NCBI GenBank assembly: GCA_963819655.1
Contig: CAWFXA010000002.1
Span: forward strand, 576,001 to 640,000
Length of the DNA: 64,000 nucleotides
Reading direction: 5' to 3'
Source of the DNA: an uncultured Chloroflexia bacterium
Lineage (GTDB): Bacteria > Chloroflexota > Limnocylindria > Limnocylindrales > CSP1-4
A program made the position numbers and the translations under genes. How positions within the stretch are numbered: position 1 is the stretch's first letter; each line of letters starts with the position of its first letter. The notes under the pieces are model-generated. The model was not told where the DNA came from. It worked only from the letters and a program-made list of their open reading frames with translations, and did no database searches. Below, in pieces: positions 49,210-59,294 of the stretch.

Positions 49210-49884
49210 TCAGGTGCTGGCGCGGCTGAACCAGCGCGGCTTGATGATGCGCAACCAGATCCAGGCGAGGATCAGGAGCAGCAGGACGGCGAGGATCGCG
49301 TACTCGAACTGCTTGATCACGGCGCCGACCGATTCCCAGTTGGCACCGAGCTGGACGCCCGCGAAGACCAGCAGCGCGGTGAACGGCAGGGAGCCGAGGA
49401 ACGTGAACACGATGAAGCGCCCCAGCGGCATGCGCGCGACCCCGGCCGCGAACGACACGAGGGACCGGATGACCGGCACCATGCGCCCGAAGAAGCTGGC
49501 CGCCTCGCCGTAGCGCGCGAAGAACGCCTCCGCGCGATCGAGATCCGCCCCGGAGATGCCGACGAAACGGCCCCACCGCTCGATGATGGGCCGGCCGCCC
49601 CACGCACCGATCGCGTATGCGATGACCGCTCCGACGGTGGCGCCGATCGTCCCGGCCAGAACGACCAGCCAGTACGACCACGGCTGTCCGGTGAGCGGCT
49701 CGACCGCATCGCCCGTCCCCACCAGGAAGCCGGCGAACGGAAGCACGAGCTCCGACGGGATCGGGATGATGACGCTCTCGATCGCGACCCAGAGCGCGAC
49801 CCCGAGATAGCCCACGGCGTCATAGATCTGGGTGACCAGGTCTCGCACCGGACCGTTCAGGAAGTCGAACACGGCCGGGAGCAT
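49210..49884 (-). CDS. DedA family membrane protein
   Basis: IESVIIPIPSELVLPFAG, FFARYG, GRMVPVIRSLVS. Confidence 0.92.
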   Translation of the reverse strand: MLPAVFDFLNGPVRDLVTQIYDAVGYLGVALWVAIESVIIPIPSELVLPFAGFLVGTGDAVEPLTGQPWSYWLVVLAGTIGATVGAVIAYAIGAWGGRPIIERWGRFVGISGADLDRAEAFFARYGEAASFFGRMVPVIRSLVSFAAGVARMPLGRFIVFTFLGSLPFTALLVFAGVQLGANWESVGAVIKQFEYAILAVLLLLILAWIWLRIIKPRWFSRAST

Positions 49885-49904
49885 AGCGGACTATCCTCGG
49901 CGTC

Positions 49905-51516
49905 GTGACCGACCCTATCGTCCTGACGGGTGCCGATCTGTCGATCGCCGATGTCGAGGCGGCTGCCCGACATGGGGCCCCGGTCCGGCTCGACGAGGCG
50001 GCGCGCGGCCGGATGCAGGAGGCGCGCGACGTCATCGATTCCCTGGTCGCCGAGGGTGCCGTCGTCTACGGCGTGACCACCGGGTTCGGCGACCTAGCGA
50101 CGACGTTCATCGAGCCGAGCCACGCGGGCCGACTCCAGGAGAACCTCCTGATGAGTCATGCCGCCGGCGTCGGGCGGCCGTTCCCGCGCGAGGTCGTCCG
50201 GGCGATGCTGCTCCTGCGCGCGAACACGCTGGCGCTCGGGCACAGCGGCTGCCGGCCCCTGCTTGGTCGACCGGTTGTTGGCGTTCCTCGAAAAGGGCAT
50301 CCACCCGGTCGTCCCGGAGCAGGGGAGCCTTGGGGCGTCGGGAGACCTGGCGCCGCTTGCGCACCTCGCCCTGCCGCTGATCGGACGCGGCGAGGTGGAG
50401 GTCGATGGTCGTGTCGTCCAGGCCGGGGAGGCCCTGGCAGCAGCCGGGCTGGAGCCGTTGGAGCTCGAGGCGAAGGAAGGGCTCGCGCTCCTCAACGGCA
50501 CCCAGATGATGGGCGCGCTGGCCGCGTTGTTCCTGGCCGACGCGGACCGCCTGGTCCGCACGGCCAGCGTCGCGGCAGCGCAGTCCGTCGAGGCGCTGCT
50601 CGGCACGGACGTCGCATTCGCCGCGGCCTACCAACTGGCGCGACCGCATCCCGGGCAGGTCGCCGTCGCGGCCGAGATGCGCCACCTCCTCCGCGACAGC
50701 GGCCTGCAGCAGGCCCATCACGGCTCCACCCACAAGGTCCAGGACCCGTACTCGCTCCGTTGCGTCCCGCAGGTACACGGCGCCGTGCGCGATGCGCTCG
50801 ATCAGCTCCGGCGCGTGCTCGACATCGAGCTCAACTCGGCCACCGACAACCCGCTTGTCTTTCCGGGCGGCGGGGTCGCCGACCCGGGGGCCATCGCGAC
50901 CGGCGGCGGCCAGGTCATCAGCGGCGGCAACTTCCACGGCGAGCCGCTGGCGCTGGTCCTCGACTACGCGAAGCTCGCGATCGCCGAGCTCGGCTCGATC
51001 AGCGAGCGCCGGATGGCGTTACTCGTGGATCCGCGGCTGAACGGCGGGCTCTCCCCGTTCCTCGCAGCCTCATCGGGGGTCGAGTCGGGGATGATGATCT
51101 ACCAGTACACGGCCGCCGCCCTCGTCTCGGAGCACAAGGTCCTCGCCCACCCCGCGTCGGTGGATTCGATCCCGACGTCCGCCAACCAGGAGGACCACGT
51201 CTCGATGGGCTCGATCGCGGCGCGCCACGCGCGCGCCGTCCTCGAGGGGGTCGAGCGGATCGTGGCGATCGAGCTGGTCATCGGCGCCCAGGCGCTCGAC
51301 CTGCGACTCGCATCGATGGCGCACGGGGGCGAGGCGGCTCCGGCGCCGGGTGGCGGGGTGGCCGAGGCTCATGCGCGGATCCGTTCCCGCATACGGCACC
51401 TCGATCGCGACCGCGAGCCCGGGCCGGACCTGGTCGCCGCGACTGCGCTCGTCCACGAGGGTGCGCTGGTGGATCTGGCGGGACCCGGCGACTCCTCCGG
51501 AACAGGGCGCAGCTGA
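49905..51516 (+). CDS. hutH: Histidine ammonia-lyase (one frameshift near 50255)
   Basis: YGVTTGFG, GSLGASGDLAPLAH (MIO-forming ASG), QDPYSLRC, SGGNFHG, NQEDHVSMG. Confidence 0.94.
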
Positions 51517-51530
51517 CCCGAGACTGACGC

Positions 51531-52016
51531 TCAGCCGGTCGGCACGCTCCGCCGCCAGGCGCGCGACTCCACGTCGCGCTCGGGGTTCCTGGTGATGCCG
51601 ATGCGCTGCAGGGCGGCGTCGATCTCCTCGCGATAGGGCTCGCCCTCTCCACGCTCCGCGAGCCACACGAGATAGCCCGGGTCGACGCGCGCGACCTCGC
51701 CGATCGACCAACCGAGATGGCGACCGAACTGGAGGACGCTGCCGGACGGCCGGCCGGGAGCCGGACCCGCGCCGCCCGTCCCGTCATGTGCCGGTGCAGG
51801 CGCCCGCGACGCCTCGTACTGTGCCCGCGCGTCGGCGGTCCGGATGGCCTCGAAGGCGGCATTGATGCGCATCATCCGCCGCGTCGCGCGATCGCCCGCG
51901 AGGTCGGGATGGTGGCGCCGCGCCAGTTGGCGGCGCGCCGCGGAGATCGTTTCATCGTCGGCGCCGCGAGCGACGCCGAGGACGAGGTAGGCGTCCTCAT
52001 CCGAGCGTTGAGCCAT
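51531..52016 (-). CDS. J-domain protein with DUF3820-like C-terminal domain (copy 1)
   Basis: DAYLVLGV..ARRHHPD..RINAAFE; VLQFGRHLGWSIGEVARVDPGYLVWL. Confidence 0.82.
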   Translation of the reverse strand: MAQRSDEDAYLVLGVARGADDETISAARRQLARRHHPDLAGDRATRRMMRINAAFEAIRTADARAQYEASRAPAPAHDGTGGAGPAPGRPSGSVLQFGRHLGWSIGEVARVDPGYLVWLAERGEGEPYREEIDAALQRIGITRNPERDVESRAWRRSVPTG

Positions 52017-52166
52017 CCGGGTGGCAATGCCCCCAAACTGCCCGGCGGCGCGGCTCGGACCACACCGGACCGGACTGGACCTCACTGTACCAACCCTGGC
52101 TCGGTCGCGTCAGGACCGCCGGAACCCTGGCCTCACGGCGCCGTCCCGTGTTTTCCCTGGCTCTTC

Positions 52167-52652
52167 TCAGCCGAGGCGAAAACCTCGCTTCCAGGGCGGC
52201 ACGGACTCCTCGCGGTCGACCGGCCGGCGCATCCTCGACCTGCCCAGGATGGCGTCGATCTCGGCGCGGTATGGCGAGCCTTCGGGCCGTTCGGAGAGCC
52301 ACGCAAGGTAGCCGGTATCGACGCGCGCGATCTCGCCGAGCGACCAGCCGATGTGGCGACCGAAGTCGAGCACACTGCCGGACGGCCGACCGGGCGGCCG
52401 ACCGGCGCCGCCGGTCCCGTCCTGCCTCCCGACCATGCGTCGAGCGCGGTCATATTCCACGCGTCGCTCCGCTGTCCGGAGAGCGTCGAACGCGGCGTTG
52501 ATGCGCATCATCCGCGCAGTCGCTCCATCCCCGGCCACGTCCGGATGATGTCGTCGTGCCAATCGGCGGTGTGCCCGTGCGACCGCACGATCATCTGCAT
52601 CGGACGAGACGCCCAGGACGACATATGCGTCGCCCTCGACCAGATCCAACAT
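52167..52652 (-). CDS. J-domain protein with DUF3820-like C-terminal domain (copy 2)
   Basis: DAYVVLGV..ARRHHPD..RINAAFD; VLDFGRHIGWSLGEIARVDTGYLAWL. Confidence 0.82.
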   Translation of the reverse strand: MLDLVEGDAYVVLGVSSDADDRAVARAHRRLARRHHPDVAGDGATARMMRINAAFDALRTAERRVEYDRARRMVGRQDGTGGAGRPPGRPSGSVLDFGRHIGWSLGEIARVDTGYLAWLSERPEGSPYRAEIDAILGRSRMRRPVDREESVPPWKRGFRLG

Positions 52653-52781
52653 CGTATGGGACCCCCGAGAGGCAGTGCCCCGAGCACCACCGTGGATCGG
52701 ACTGTAATCGGCGGGTCGGCAGATCGAAAGGGGTACGGCCGAGGCTTCGGCGCGGCGGCGCACCGTAGACTTCGTCGAGCC

Positions 52782-53561
52782 ATGCCAAGCCTCGATGCAG
52801 AACGGATCTCGATCGTCGACGTGATCGACGAGACGTCGTTCGCCCTTCTGCCACCCTGCGCGGACCCGGGCTTCGATCACCGATCGTGCGACTACTGGGA
52901 GGATGCCGACCGCGGCTCGAAGTCGATCCGCCTGGACTGGCTCGAGCCGCCTGCAAGCGCGGCGAAACCGCCGACGGCCGCGAGCGCGAACCCGTTCCTC
53001 GCCGATGCCCGGGAACGGTCGGCCAACCCGTTCGCGCCAGGCGGTGGCGGTGGATCCAATCCGTTCCTGGCCGACGACGATGAGGCGGGCGACAATCCCT
53101 TCGCGCCCCGCCGCGCAACGAAACCGACCGTCAGTGCCGGCGCGCCTCCGAAGCTTCGTCTCCTGGGCCGCGGGCTGGCAGTCGTCGGCAGTTATGCCAA
53201 GGTCCTGCTCGTCGACGACGTCCCGGCCGCGTATTCGCAGTTCGGGCCTCTGTCCGCCTATCCGAGGGCGATGCGGACGCGCGAGCTGTATCCAGCCCTC
53301 CCGGATGCCCCCTTGCCGGCCGTCATCACCTGCATCGCGTCGACCCAGGCAGCCCGGGGCGCCGGCCTCGCCCGGGCCCTGATCGACGCCGTCTGTGACG
53401 ACCTCGGGCGGCGCGGTTTCGCGGCCGTGGAGACCTACCCGGAAATGGGCGCCCGACCCGACGCGACCAGTGCCGCTACGCCGGGCTTCTGGGAAACCGT
53501 CGGGTTCGCTGTTGCGGCGCCCGACGGCCGCTTCCCTGTCCTGCGACGCGAGCTCGGGTGA
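52782..53561 (+). CDS. GNAT-fold protein with an NPF-repeat insertion
   Basis: C..CDYWE, AYSQFGP, VITCI, ARGAGLARAL, AVETYP, FWETVGF. Confidence 0.7.
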   Translation: MPSLDAERISIVDVIDETSFALLPPCADPGFDHRSCDYWEDADRGSKSIRLDWLEPPASAAKPPTAASANPFLADARERSANPFAPGGGGGSNPFLADDDEAGDNPFAPRRATKPTVSAGAPPKLRLLGRGLAVVGSYAKVLLVDDVPAAYSQFGPLSAYPRAMRTRELYPALPDAPLPAVITCIASTQAARGAGLARALIDAVCDDLGRRGFAAVETYPEMGARPDATSAATPGFWETVGFAVAAPDGRFPVLRRELG

Positions 53562-54187
53562 GAGCTCTCCCCCGGCCACGCGCGTGGCTCCTCGCGGGTC
53601 TCGTTGCGACGGCCACCGTCGCAACCGGATGCATCCCGCCCCGGCCATCCCCGACCCCGGCGCCGGAGCCCGCGAGCACACCCACCCCGACCGTCCCGCA
53701 GGCCACGGCCAGCGCCGCCGTGTCGGGTTTGGTGGTGGACCCAGCGCTGCTCGATCTGCTGCCTCCCGACGTCGATGGCGTGGCCTTGAACCCGGACCCC
53801 GATACGGCCGCTGAGATCGCGGCCGATGGCACGATCGGGCTGTTCGTGTCGGCGATCGCGCTGGCCGCGGCCTTCGGCCCGATCGCGACGGATGCAGCCG
53901 CCGACTACGTCGTGGTGACGGTCGCGCGACTCAAGCCCGGTACCTTTGATGAGCTCTTCTTCCGTGGCTGGCGCGACACATTCGATGCGGCCGTGTGCGA
54001 GCAGGCGGGCGGCGTCAGCGGCCACGCCGAGAGCGACATTTCCGGCCATCACACGCACATCGGCACGTGCGTGGGCGGCGTCCACACCTATCACGTCCAC
54101 CTACCGGCCAGCGACGTCATCGTCTCGATGCAGGGCATCGGGGAGGGCCGCTACGGAGAGCGCGTCGTGGCCGGGCTGGCGGAGTAG
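53558..54187 (+). CDS. Hypothetical lipoprotein
   Basis: Signal peptide with ATGC lipobox and Pro/Thr linker. Confidence 0.7.
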   Translation: MRALPRPRAWLLAGLVATATVATGCIPPRPSPTPAPEPASTPTPTVPQATASAAVSGLVVDPALLDLLPPDVDGVALNPDPDTAAEIAADGTIGLFVSAIALAAAFGPIATDAAADYVVVTVARLKPGTFDELFFRGWRDTFDAAVCEQAGGVSGHAESDISGHHTHIGTCVGGVHTYHVHLPASDVIVSMQGIGEGRYGERVVAGLAE

Positions 54188-54196
54188 CCTGAGCCG

Positions 54197-55867
54197 ATGA
54201 CGACGACCAGCGGACCGCGACTGGTCCGCGCGCCACGCGGCCCCGAGCTGACCTGCCGCGGCTGGGCGCAGGAAGCGGCGCTGCGCATGCTGATGAACAA
54301 CCTGGACCCCGAGGTGGCCGAGGATCCCGATCACCTCGTCGTCTACGGCGGGACCGGGAAGGCGGCGCGGAGCTGGGAGGCGTTCGACGCGATCGTGCGC
54401 GAGCTGCGTGCCCTCGCGGACGATGAGACGCTCCTGGTGCAGAGCGGCAAGCCCGTCGGCGTCGTGCGGACCCACGAATGGGCCCCGCGGGTGCTCATCG
54501 CGAACTCGAACCTCGTCGGCAAGTGGGCCACCTGGGAGGTGTTCCGCGAGCTCGAGCAGGCAGGCCTGATGATGTACGGCCAGATGACGGCCGGCTCCTG
54601 GATCTACATCGGGACGCAGGGCATCCTGCAAGGCACATACGAGACGTTCGCCGAGGCGGCGCGCCAGCATTTCGGCGGCTCGTTGCGCGGGACCGTCACG
54701 CTCACCGCGGGCCTCGGCGGCATGGGCGGCGCCCAGCCCCTGGCGGTGACGATGAACGAGGGCGTCTGCCTGGCGATCGAGGTCGACGAGGCGCGCGCGC
54801 GACGGCGGGTGGAGATCGGCTACGTCGATCGGTTGACCCACGATCCGGGCGAGGCGCTCCGTTGGGCGCGCGCCGCCGCCGCCGACGGCGAGGCGGTGTC
54901 GATCGCGCTCGTCGGGAACGCCGCCGAGATCGAGCCGGCCTGGGCTGCGGCCGGGGAGCGGTTCGACATCGTCACCGACCAGACCTCTGCGCATGACGCC
55001 CTTGGTGGGTACGTGCCGGCGGAGATCGGCCTCGCCGATGCGTCGACCCTGCGCGCGACCCAGCCCGACGAATACCAGCGCCGGTCCCGCGCGGCCATGG
55101 CCGCACACGTACGGGCGATGCTCGCGTTCCAGCGCGCGGGCGCGGTCGTCTTCGACTATGGCAACAACCTTCGGGCCCAGGCGCAAGAGGCGGGTGTCGC
55201 CGACGCGTTCGACTACCCCGGTTTCGTGCCCGCCTTCATCCGGCCCCAGTTCTGCGAGGGCCGTGGCCCGTTCCGCTGGGCGGCGCTGTCCGGCGATCCT
55301 GCCGACATCGCCCGCACGGACCGCGCGGTCCTGGAGTTGTTCCCCGACGACGCCGGTCTGCGCCGCTGGATCGAGATGGCGCAGGCACGCGTCCCGTTCC
55401 AGGGCCTGCCCGCGCGGATCTGCTGGCTCGGCTATGGCGAGCGGTCGCGCGCGGGCCTCGCCTTCAACGAGCTGGTCGCCGCGGGCGAGGTCAGCGCACC
55501 GATCGTCATTGGACGCGATCATCTCGACGCGGGCTCGGTCGCCTCCCCGAACCGTGAGACCGAGGCGATGGCCGACGGCACCGACGCGGTGGCCGACTGG
55601 CCGCTTCTCAACGCGTTGGTCAACACGGCGGCCGGCGCGTCATGGGTGTCGATCCACCATGGCGGCGGGGTCGGCATCGGCTATTCGCAGCACGCCGGGA
55701 TGGTCGTCGTCGCGGACGGCACGCCGCTCGCCGCCCAAAAGCTCGAGCGGGTGCTGACCACGGACCCCGCGATGGGCGTGCTGCGGCACGTCGACGCGGG
55801 CTACGAGCGGGCGATCGAGGTCGCCCGCGAACGGGGGGTCCGCGCCCCGATGCTCGAGGAGGGTTGA
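54197..55867 (+). CDS. hutU: Urocanate hydratase
   Basis: [47 protein letters not shown]. Confidence 0.97.
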   Translation: MTTTSGPRLVRAPRGPELTCRGWAQEAALRMLMNNLDPEVAEDPDHLVVYGGTGKAARSWEAFDAIVRELRALADDETLLVQSGKPVGVVRTHEWAPRVLIANSNLVGKWATWEVFRELEQAGLMMYGQMTAGSWIYIGTQGILQGTYETFAEAARQHFGGSLRGTVTLTAGLGGMGGAQPLAVTMNEGVCLAIEVDEARARRRVEIGYVDRLTHDPGEALRWARAAAADGEAVSIALVGNAAEIEPAWAAAGERFDIVTDQTSAHDALGGYVPAEIGLADASTLRATQPDEYQRRSRAAMAAHVRAMLAFQRAGAVVFDYGNNLRAQAQEAGVADAFDYPGFVPAFIRPQFCEGRGPFRWAALSGDPADIARTDRAVLELFPDDAGLRRWIEMAQARVPFQGLPARICWLGYGERSRAGLAFNELVAAGEVSAPIVIGRDHLDAGSVASPNRETEAMADGTDAVADWPLLNALVNTAAGASWVSIHHGGGVGIGYSQHAGMVVVADGTPLAAQKLERVLTTDPAMGVLRHVDAGYERAIEVARERGVRAPMLEEG

Positions 55868-55944
55868 CCGCCCGTTCACCGAGGCCGCCATCCGCGTCAC
55901 GAAATGACCACCTGACGGGCGGGGAGTCGGACTAGCATCAACGG

Positions 55945-56955
55945 GTGCTGGTCGAGTCCGTCCCGAACGTGTCCGAAGGCCGCCGGCTCGACGTGATCGA
56001 CCGGCTGGCCGAGGCCATTTCGTCGGTGCCCGGCGCCGCGCTTCTCGATCGGACGAGCGACGCGAGTCATAACCGGTCGGTCTTCACCATCGCCGGTGAG
56101 CACGAGGCGGTCACGACCGCCCTCGAGCGCCTGGTCGGCGCTGCGATCCACGAGATCGACATGGACTCCCATGAGGGCGAGCACCCGCGTATCGGAGCGG
56201 TCGATGTCATCCCGTTCATCCCGCTCGGGACGACGACCATGGACGCCGTCATCGATCTCGCGCGCGACTTCGGCGAGCGGATCGCCTCACGTTTCGAGCT
56301 GCCGGTGTACCTCTATGCCGAGGCCGCGTTCCGGTCCGACCGCGAGCGCCTGGCCGACGTGCGCCGAGGTCAGTACGAGGGCCTCAAGGCGGAGATCGAC
56401 CAGCGCGGGCGCGAGCCGGACATCGGGCCGCCCCGCCTCCACCCGTCGGCCGGGGCGGTCGCGGTCGGCGCCAGGCCGTTCCTGATCGCCTACAACATCA
56501 ACCTCGATTCTGACGACGTCGACCTGGCCAGGCGCATCGCGCGTCGCGTGCGAGAGTCAGGTGGTGGGTTGCCGAAGCTCCAGGCCAACGGGTTCGAGGT
56601 CCGTGAGCCCGAACGCGGCCACCCGCTCCGGGCCCAGGTGTCGATGAACCTGCTCGACTTCGCGGTGACGCCGCTCTGGCTGGCCTGGGACGCGGTGCGC
56701 GACCTGGCCGCCGAGGACGGCGTCCGCCCGGCCGAATCCGAGCTCATCGGGCTGGCGCCCGCCGCATCGTTCCTGGCCGTCGCCGACCACGCGGGAACGC
56801 CTCCGGACGAGCCGATCGAGGCGCGTCTGGCCGCCGCCGCGGGGTACCTCAAGCTGCGCGACTACTCCCCGATGCAGATCCTCGAGCTGCGGCTCCATGC
56901 AGCGCGCGGGGGAGCCGGTGCGATCTCGACGGGCGAGGGTCCCCGTCCGTCGTGA
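55945..56955 (+). CDS. ftcD: Glutamate formimidoyltransferase
   Basis: VESVPNVSEGR, HNRSV, GEHPRIGAVDVIPF, RRGQYEG, AQVSMNL, SELIGL. Confidence 0.92.
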   Translation: MLVESVPNVSEGRRLDVIDRLAEAISSVPGAALLDRTSDASHNRSVFTIAGEHEAVTTALERLVGAAIHEIDMDSHEGEHPRIGAVDVIPFIPLGTTTMDAVIDLARDFGERIASRFELPVYLYAEAAFRSDRERLADVRRGQYEGLKAEIDQRGREPDIGPPRLHPSAGAVAVGARPFLIAYNINLDSDDVDLARRIARRVRESGGGLPKLQANGFEVREPERGHPLRAQVSMNLLDFAVTPLWLAWDAVRDLAAEDGVRPAESELIGLAPAASFLAVADHAGTPPDEPIEARLAAAAGYLKLRDYSPMQILELRLHAARGGAGAISTGEGPRPS

Positions 56956-58316
56956 GCAGCGGGCCATTCCGGGTCATCGAGGGCGGCCGGACCGGCGAGC
57001 CGACGCCCGGCCTGCTCATCGTCGGCGCACAGGAGATCGCGACGCTGGAAGGGGGCGTCCGGCGCGGAGCGGAGCAGGGCGAGATCGGCCGGTTGGTGGC
57101 CGACGACCCCGCCTCGCCGGAGGCGCCGGCGGTCGCGGTCTGGGAGGGCCGGGTCGCCGGGGTCGGGCAGCGTGCCTCGGTCGAGGCTGCGCTGGTGGCC
57201 GACGGCCTGCCGCTCGCGCGTTTCGCGCGCATCGACGCGGCCGGCGGATCGGTCACGCCCGGGCTGGTCGACCCACACACGCACTTGCTGTTCGCGGGCT
57301 CGCGCGAGGACGAGCTCGTGCTCCGTCAGCAAGGCGCCACGTACCTCGACATCCTGGCCGCGGGTGGCGGGATCCTTTCGACGGTCGCCGCGACGCGAGC
57401 CGCGTCCGAGGCGGCGCTGCTCACCCACGGCCGCAGGTGGCTCGACGAGATGCTCACGCATGGCGTCACGACGATCGAGGCGAAGTCCGGCTACGGGCTC
57501 GACCTCGAGACCGAGCTCCGACTCGTCGAGATCGCCTATCGGCTCGGGCGCGAGGGGCCGATCGACGTCGTGCCGACATGGCTGGGCGCCCACGCGGTCC
57601 CGCCCGAGTTCCGCACGCGACCGGACGGGACCGAGGCATACGTCCGGCACCTGCTCGACGAACAATTGCCCGGGATCGCCGCCCACGGGCGGGCGCGGTA
57701 CGCCGACGTCTTCTGCGAGACCGGGGTGTTCAGCGCAGATCAGTCGCGGCGGGTGCTCGAGGCGGCCCGCGCATTCGGCCTGCTGCCGCGCCTCCATGCC
57801 GACGAGCTCGCGCCATCGGGCGGCGCGGAGCTCGCCGCGGAGCTTGGGGCCGCATCGGCCGACCACCTCGCCACCCCGTCGCTCGAGGGGATCGCCGCGA
57901 TGGGCGCCGCGGCCGACGACGGCGAGCCCGTGGTCGCCACGCTCCTGCCGGTCACGACCTGGTTCCTCATGAAGGACCACCACGCGCCGGCCAGGGCGTT
58001 CATCCAGGCCGGTGTGCCGGTCGCGATCGGCACCGACTTCAACCCGGGCACCTCACCCACACCGAACCTGACGCTTGCGATGTCGTTCGCGAGCGTCAAC
58101 CTCGGGATGTCGCCCGACGAGGTCCTGGCCGCGGTGACCATCAATGCGGCGCGGGCCCTGGGGCTGGAGGACGAGATCGGCTCGATCGAGGTCGGCAAGG
58201 TGGCCGACTTGGTGATCTGGCGAGTACCGACCAGCGCGCGGATCCCCTATCACCCAGGCGCGGACCTGGCGCGCACGGTGATCAAACGCGGCCGCATCGT
58301 GTTGGACAGACCCTAG
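56952..58316 (+). CDS. hutI: Imidazolonepropionase
   Basis: PGLVDPHTH, GGGILSTV, EAKSGYGL, LHADEL, SADHL, TDFNPG. Confidence 0.95.
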   Translation: MSSGPFRVIEGGRTGEPTPGLLIVGAQEIATLEGGVRRGAEQGEIGRLVADDPASPEAPAVAVWEGRVAGVGQRASVEAALVADGLPLARFARIDAAGGSVTPGLVDPHTHLLFAGSREDELVLRQQGATYLDILAAGGGILSTVAATRAASEAALLTHGRRWLDEMLTHGVTTIEAKSGYGLDLETELRLVEIAYRLGREGPIDVVPTWLGAHAVPPEFRTRPDGTEAYVRHLLDEQLPGIAAHGRARYADVFCETGVFSADQSRRVLEAARAFGLLPRLHADELAPSGGAELAAELGAASADHLATPSLEGIAAMGAAADDGEPVVATLLPVTTWFLMKDHHAPARAFIQAGVPVAIGTDFNPGTSPTPNLTLAMSFASVNLGMSPDEVLAAVTINAARALGLEDEIGSIEVGKVADLVIWRVPTSARIPYHPGADLARTVIKRGRIVLDRP

Positions 58317-58329
58317 AGCTCGTAACGGC

Positions 58330-59010
58330 TCAGGCCTGCTTGCCGCGCGACTCCAGGAGGACGGTCACGGTCTCGACCGGCAGGCTCGACGCCGTCACCG
58401 ACAGCTTCGGCTGCGTCACCGGCTCGGCCCCCATCTCGTGGAAGAACTTGGCGAGCACCTCGGCGCAGTCCTTGTCGTCCTCGCACAACGGCATCGGGAC
58501 GACGATCTTCGGGTCGAGCTGCGCCATCAGCGCCGCGGCCTTGGTCGGGCTCAGCGCACCGCCGAGCGGCACGCAGGCGATATCCACCGGGCCGATGTCG
58601 CCGATCTTCTCCTCGGACAACAGGTGTCCGATCTCGCCCAGGTGGATGGTGTGGATCCCGTCGACCTCGACCACGAACGAGACGCCCTTGCCGTTCTCCG
58701 CCCCACGCGCATCGTCGCGGTAGGTACGAACGCCGGTGACGAGGACCTCCTTGACTTCGTACTCGCCCGGGCCGTCGAGGACGAACGCCTGATCGAGGCT
58801 CGAGGGGACCAGCGTCGTGCCGTCCCGGGACACCTTGCCCTTCGGCTTGCCGCGGGCGACCGGTGCGTCGTCGGCATGGCTGAACGTGACGACGTCGCCC
58901 GTGATCCCGCGGCCGGTCGGCCCGACCACCGACTGATACGGGTCCGCCACGACGACCGCGTCCTTGCCACGCAACCGGACGCAGGTCCGGCCATACCACG
59001 TCACTTCCAT
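58330..59010 (-). CDS. MBL-fold (Lactamase_B_3-like) protein
   Basis: MEVTWYGRTCVRL, VADPY, FSH, GPGEYEV, HLGEIGH, PKIVVPM; metal motifs degenerate. Confidence 0.82.
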   Translation of the reverse strand: MEVTWYGRTCVRLRGKDAVVVADPYQSVVGPTGRGITGDVVTFSHADDAPVARGKPKGKVSRDGTTLVPSSLDQAFVLDGPGEYEVKEVLVTGVRTYRDDARGAENGKGVSFVVEVDGIHTIHLGEIGHLLSEEKIGDIGPVDIACVPLGGALSPTKAAALMAQLDPKIVVPMPLCEDDKDCAEVLAKFFHEMGAEPVTQPKLSVTASSLPVETVTVLLESRGKQA

Positions 59011-59108
59011 CGGGCCGATTCTGACATAGCACCATGCACGGGCGCTCAAACCTCGGGCCGATGGGGTCGGGGAGCTCCCCCTCGGACCTCGGTGGAGCGA
59101 GTGCCACC

Positions 59109-59187
59109 AACAGAAAGACCGGGAGCGCCTGCCCAATCGGCGCCCCCGGTCGGAGGGAGGGAGGATGGAACCCTGAGGGTTCGTCCG
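59109..59187 (-). ncRNA. Candidate small RNA with C/U-rich anti-SD segment and intrinsic terminator
   Basis: TAGCGT -10, 5' hairpin GAACCC-tca-GGGTTC, TCCTCCCTCCCTCC, 13-bp stem (59117-59151), TTTCTGTT. Confidence 0.5.
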
Positions 59188-59294
59188 ATCGCTACGCTAC
59201 GGCGCCCTGATTCACGGTCGAGCCGTGAAGCGGTTAAGAAAGCGACATCGAGCCCGTTCCGGGCGCGAAACCCGGAGCGTGTGACAATCCGGCG

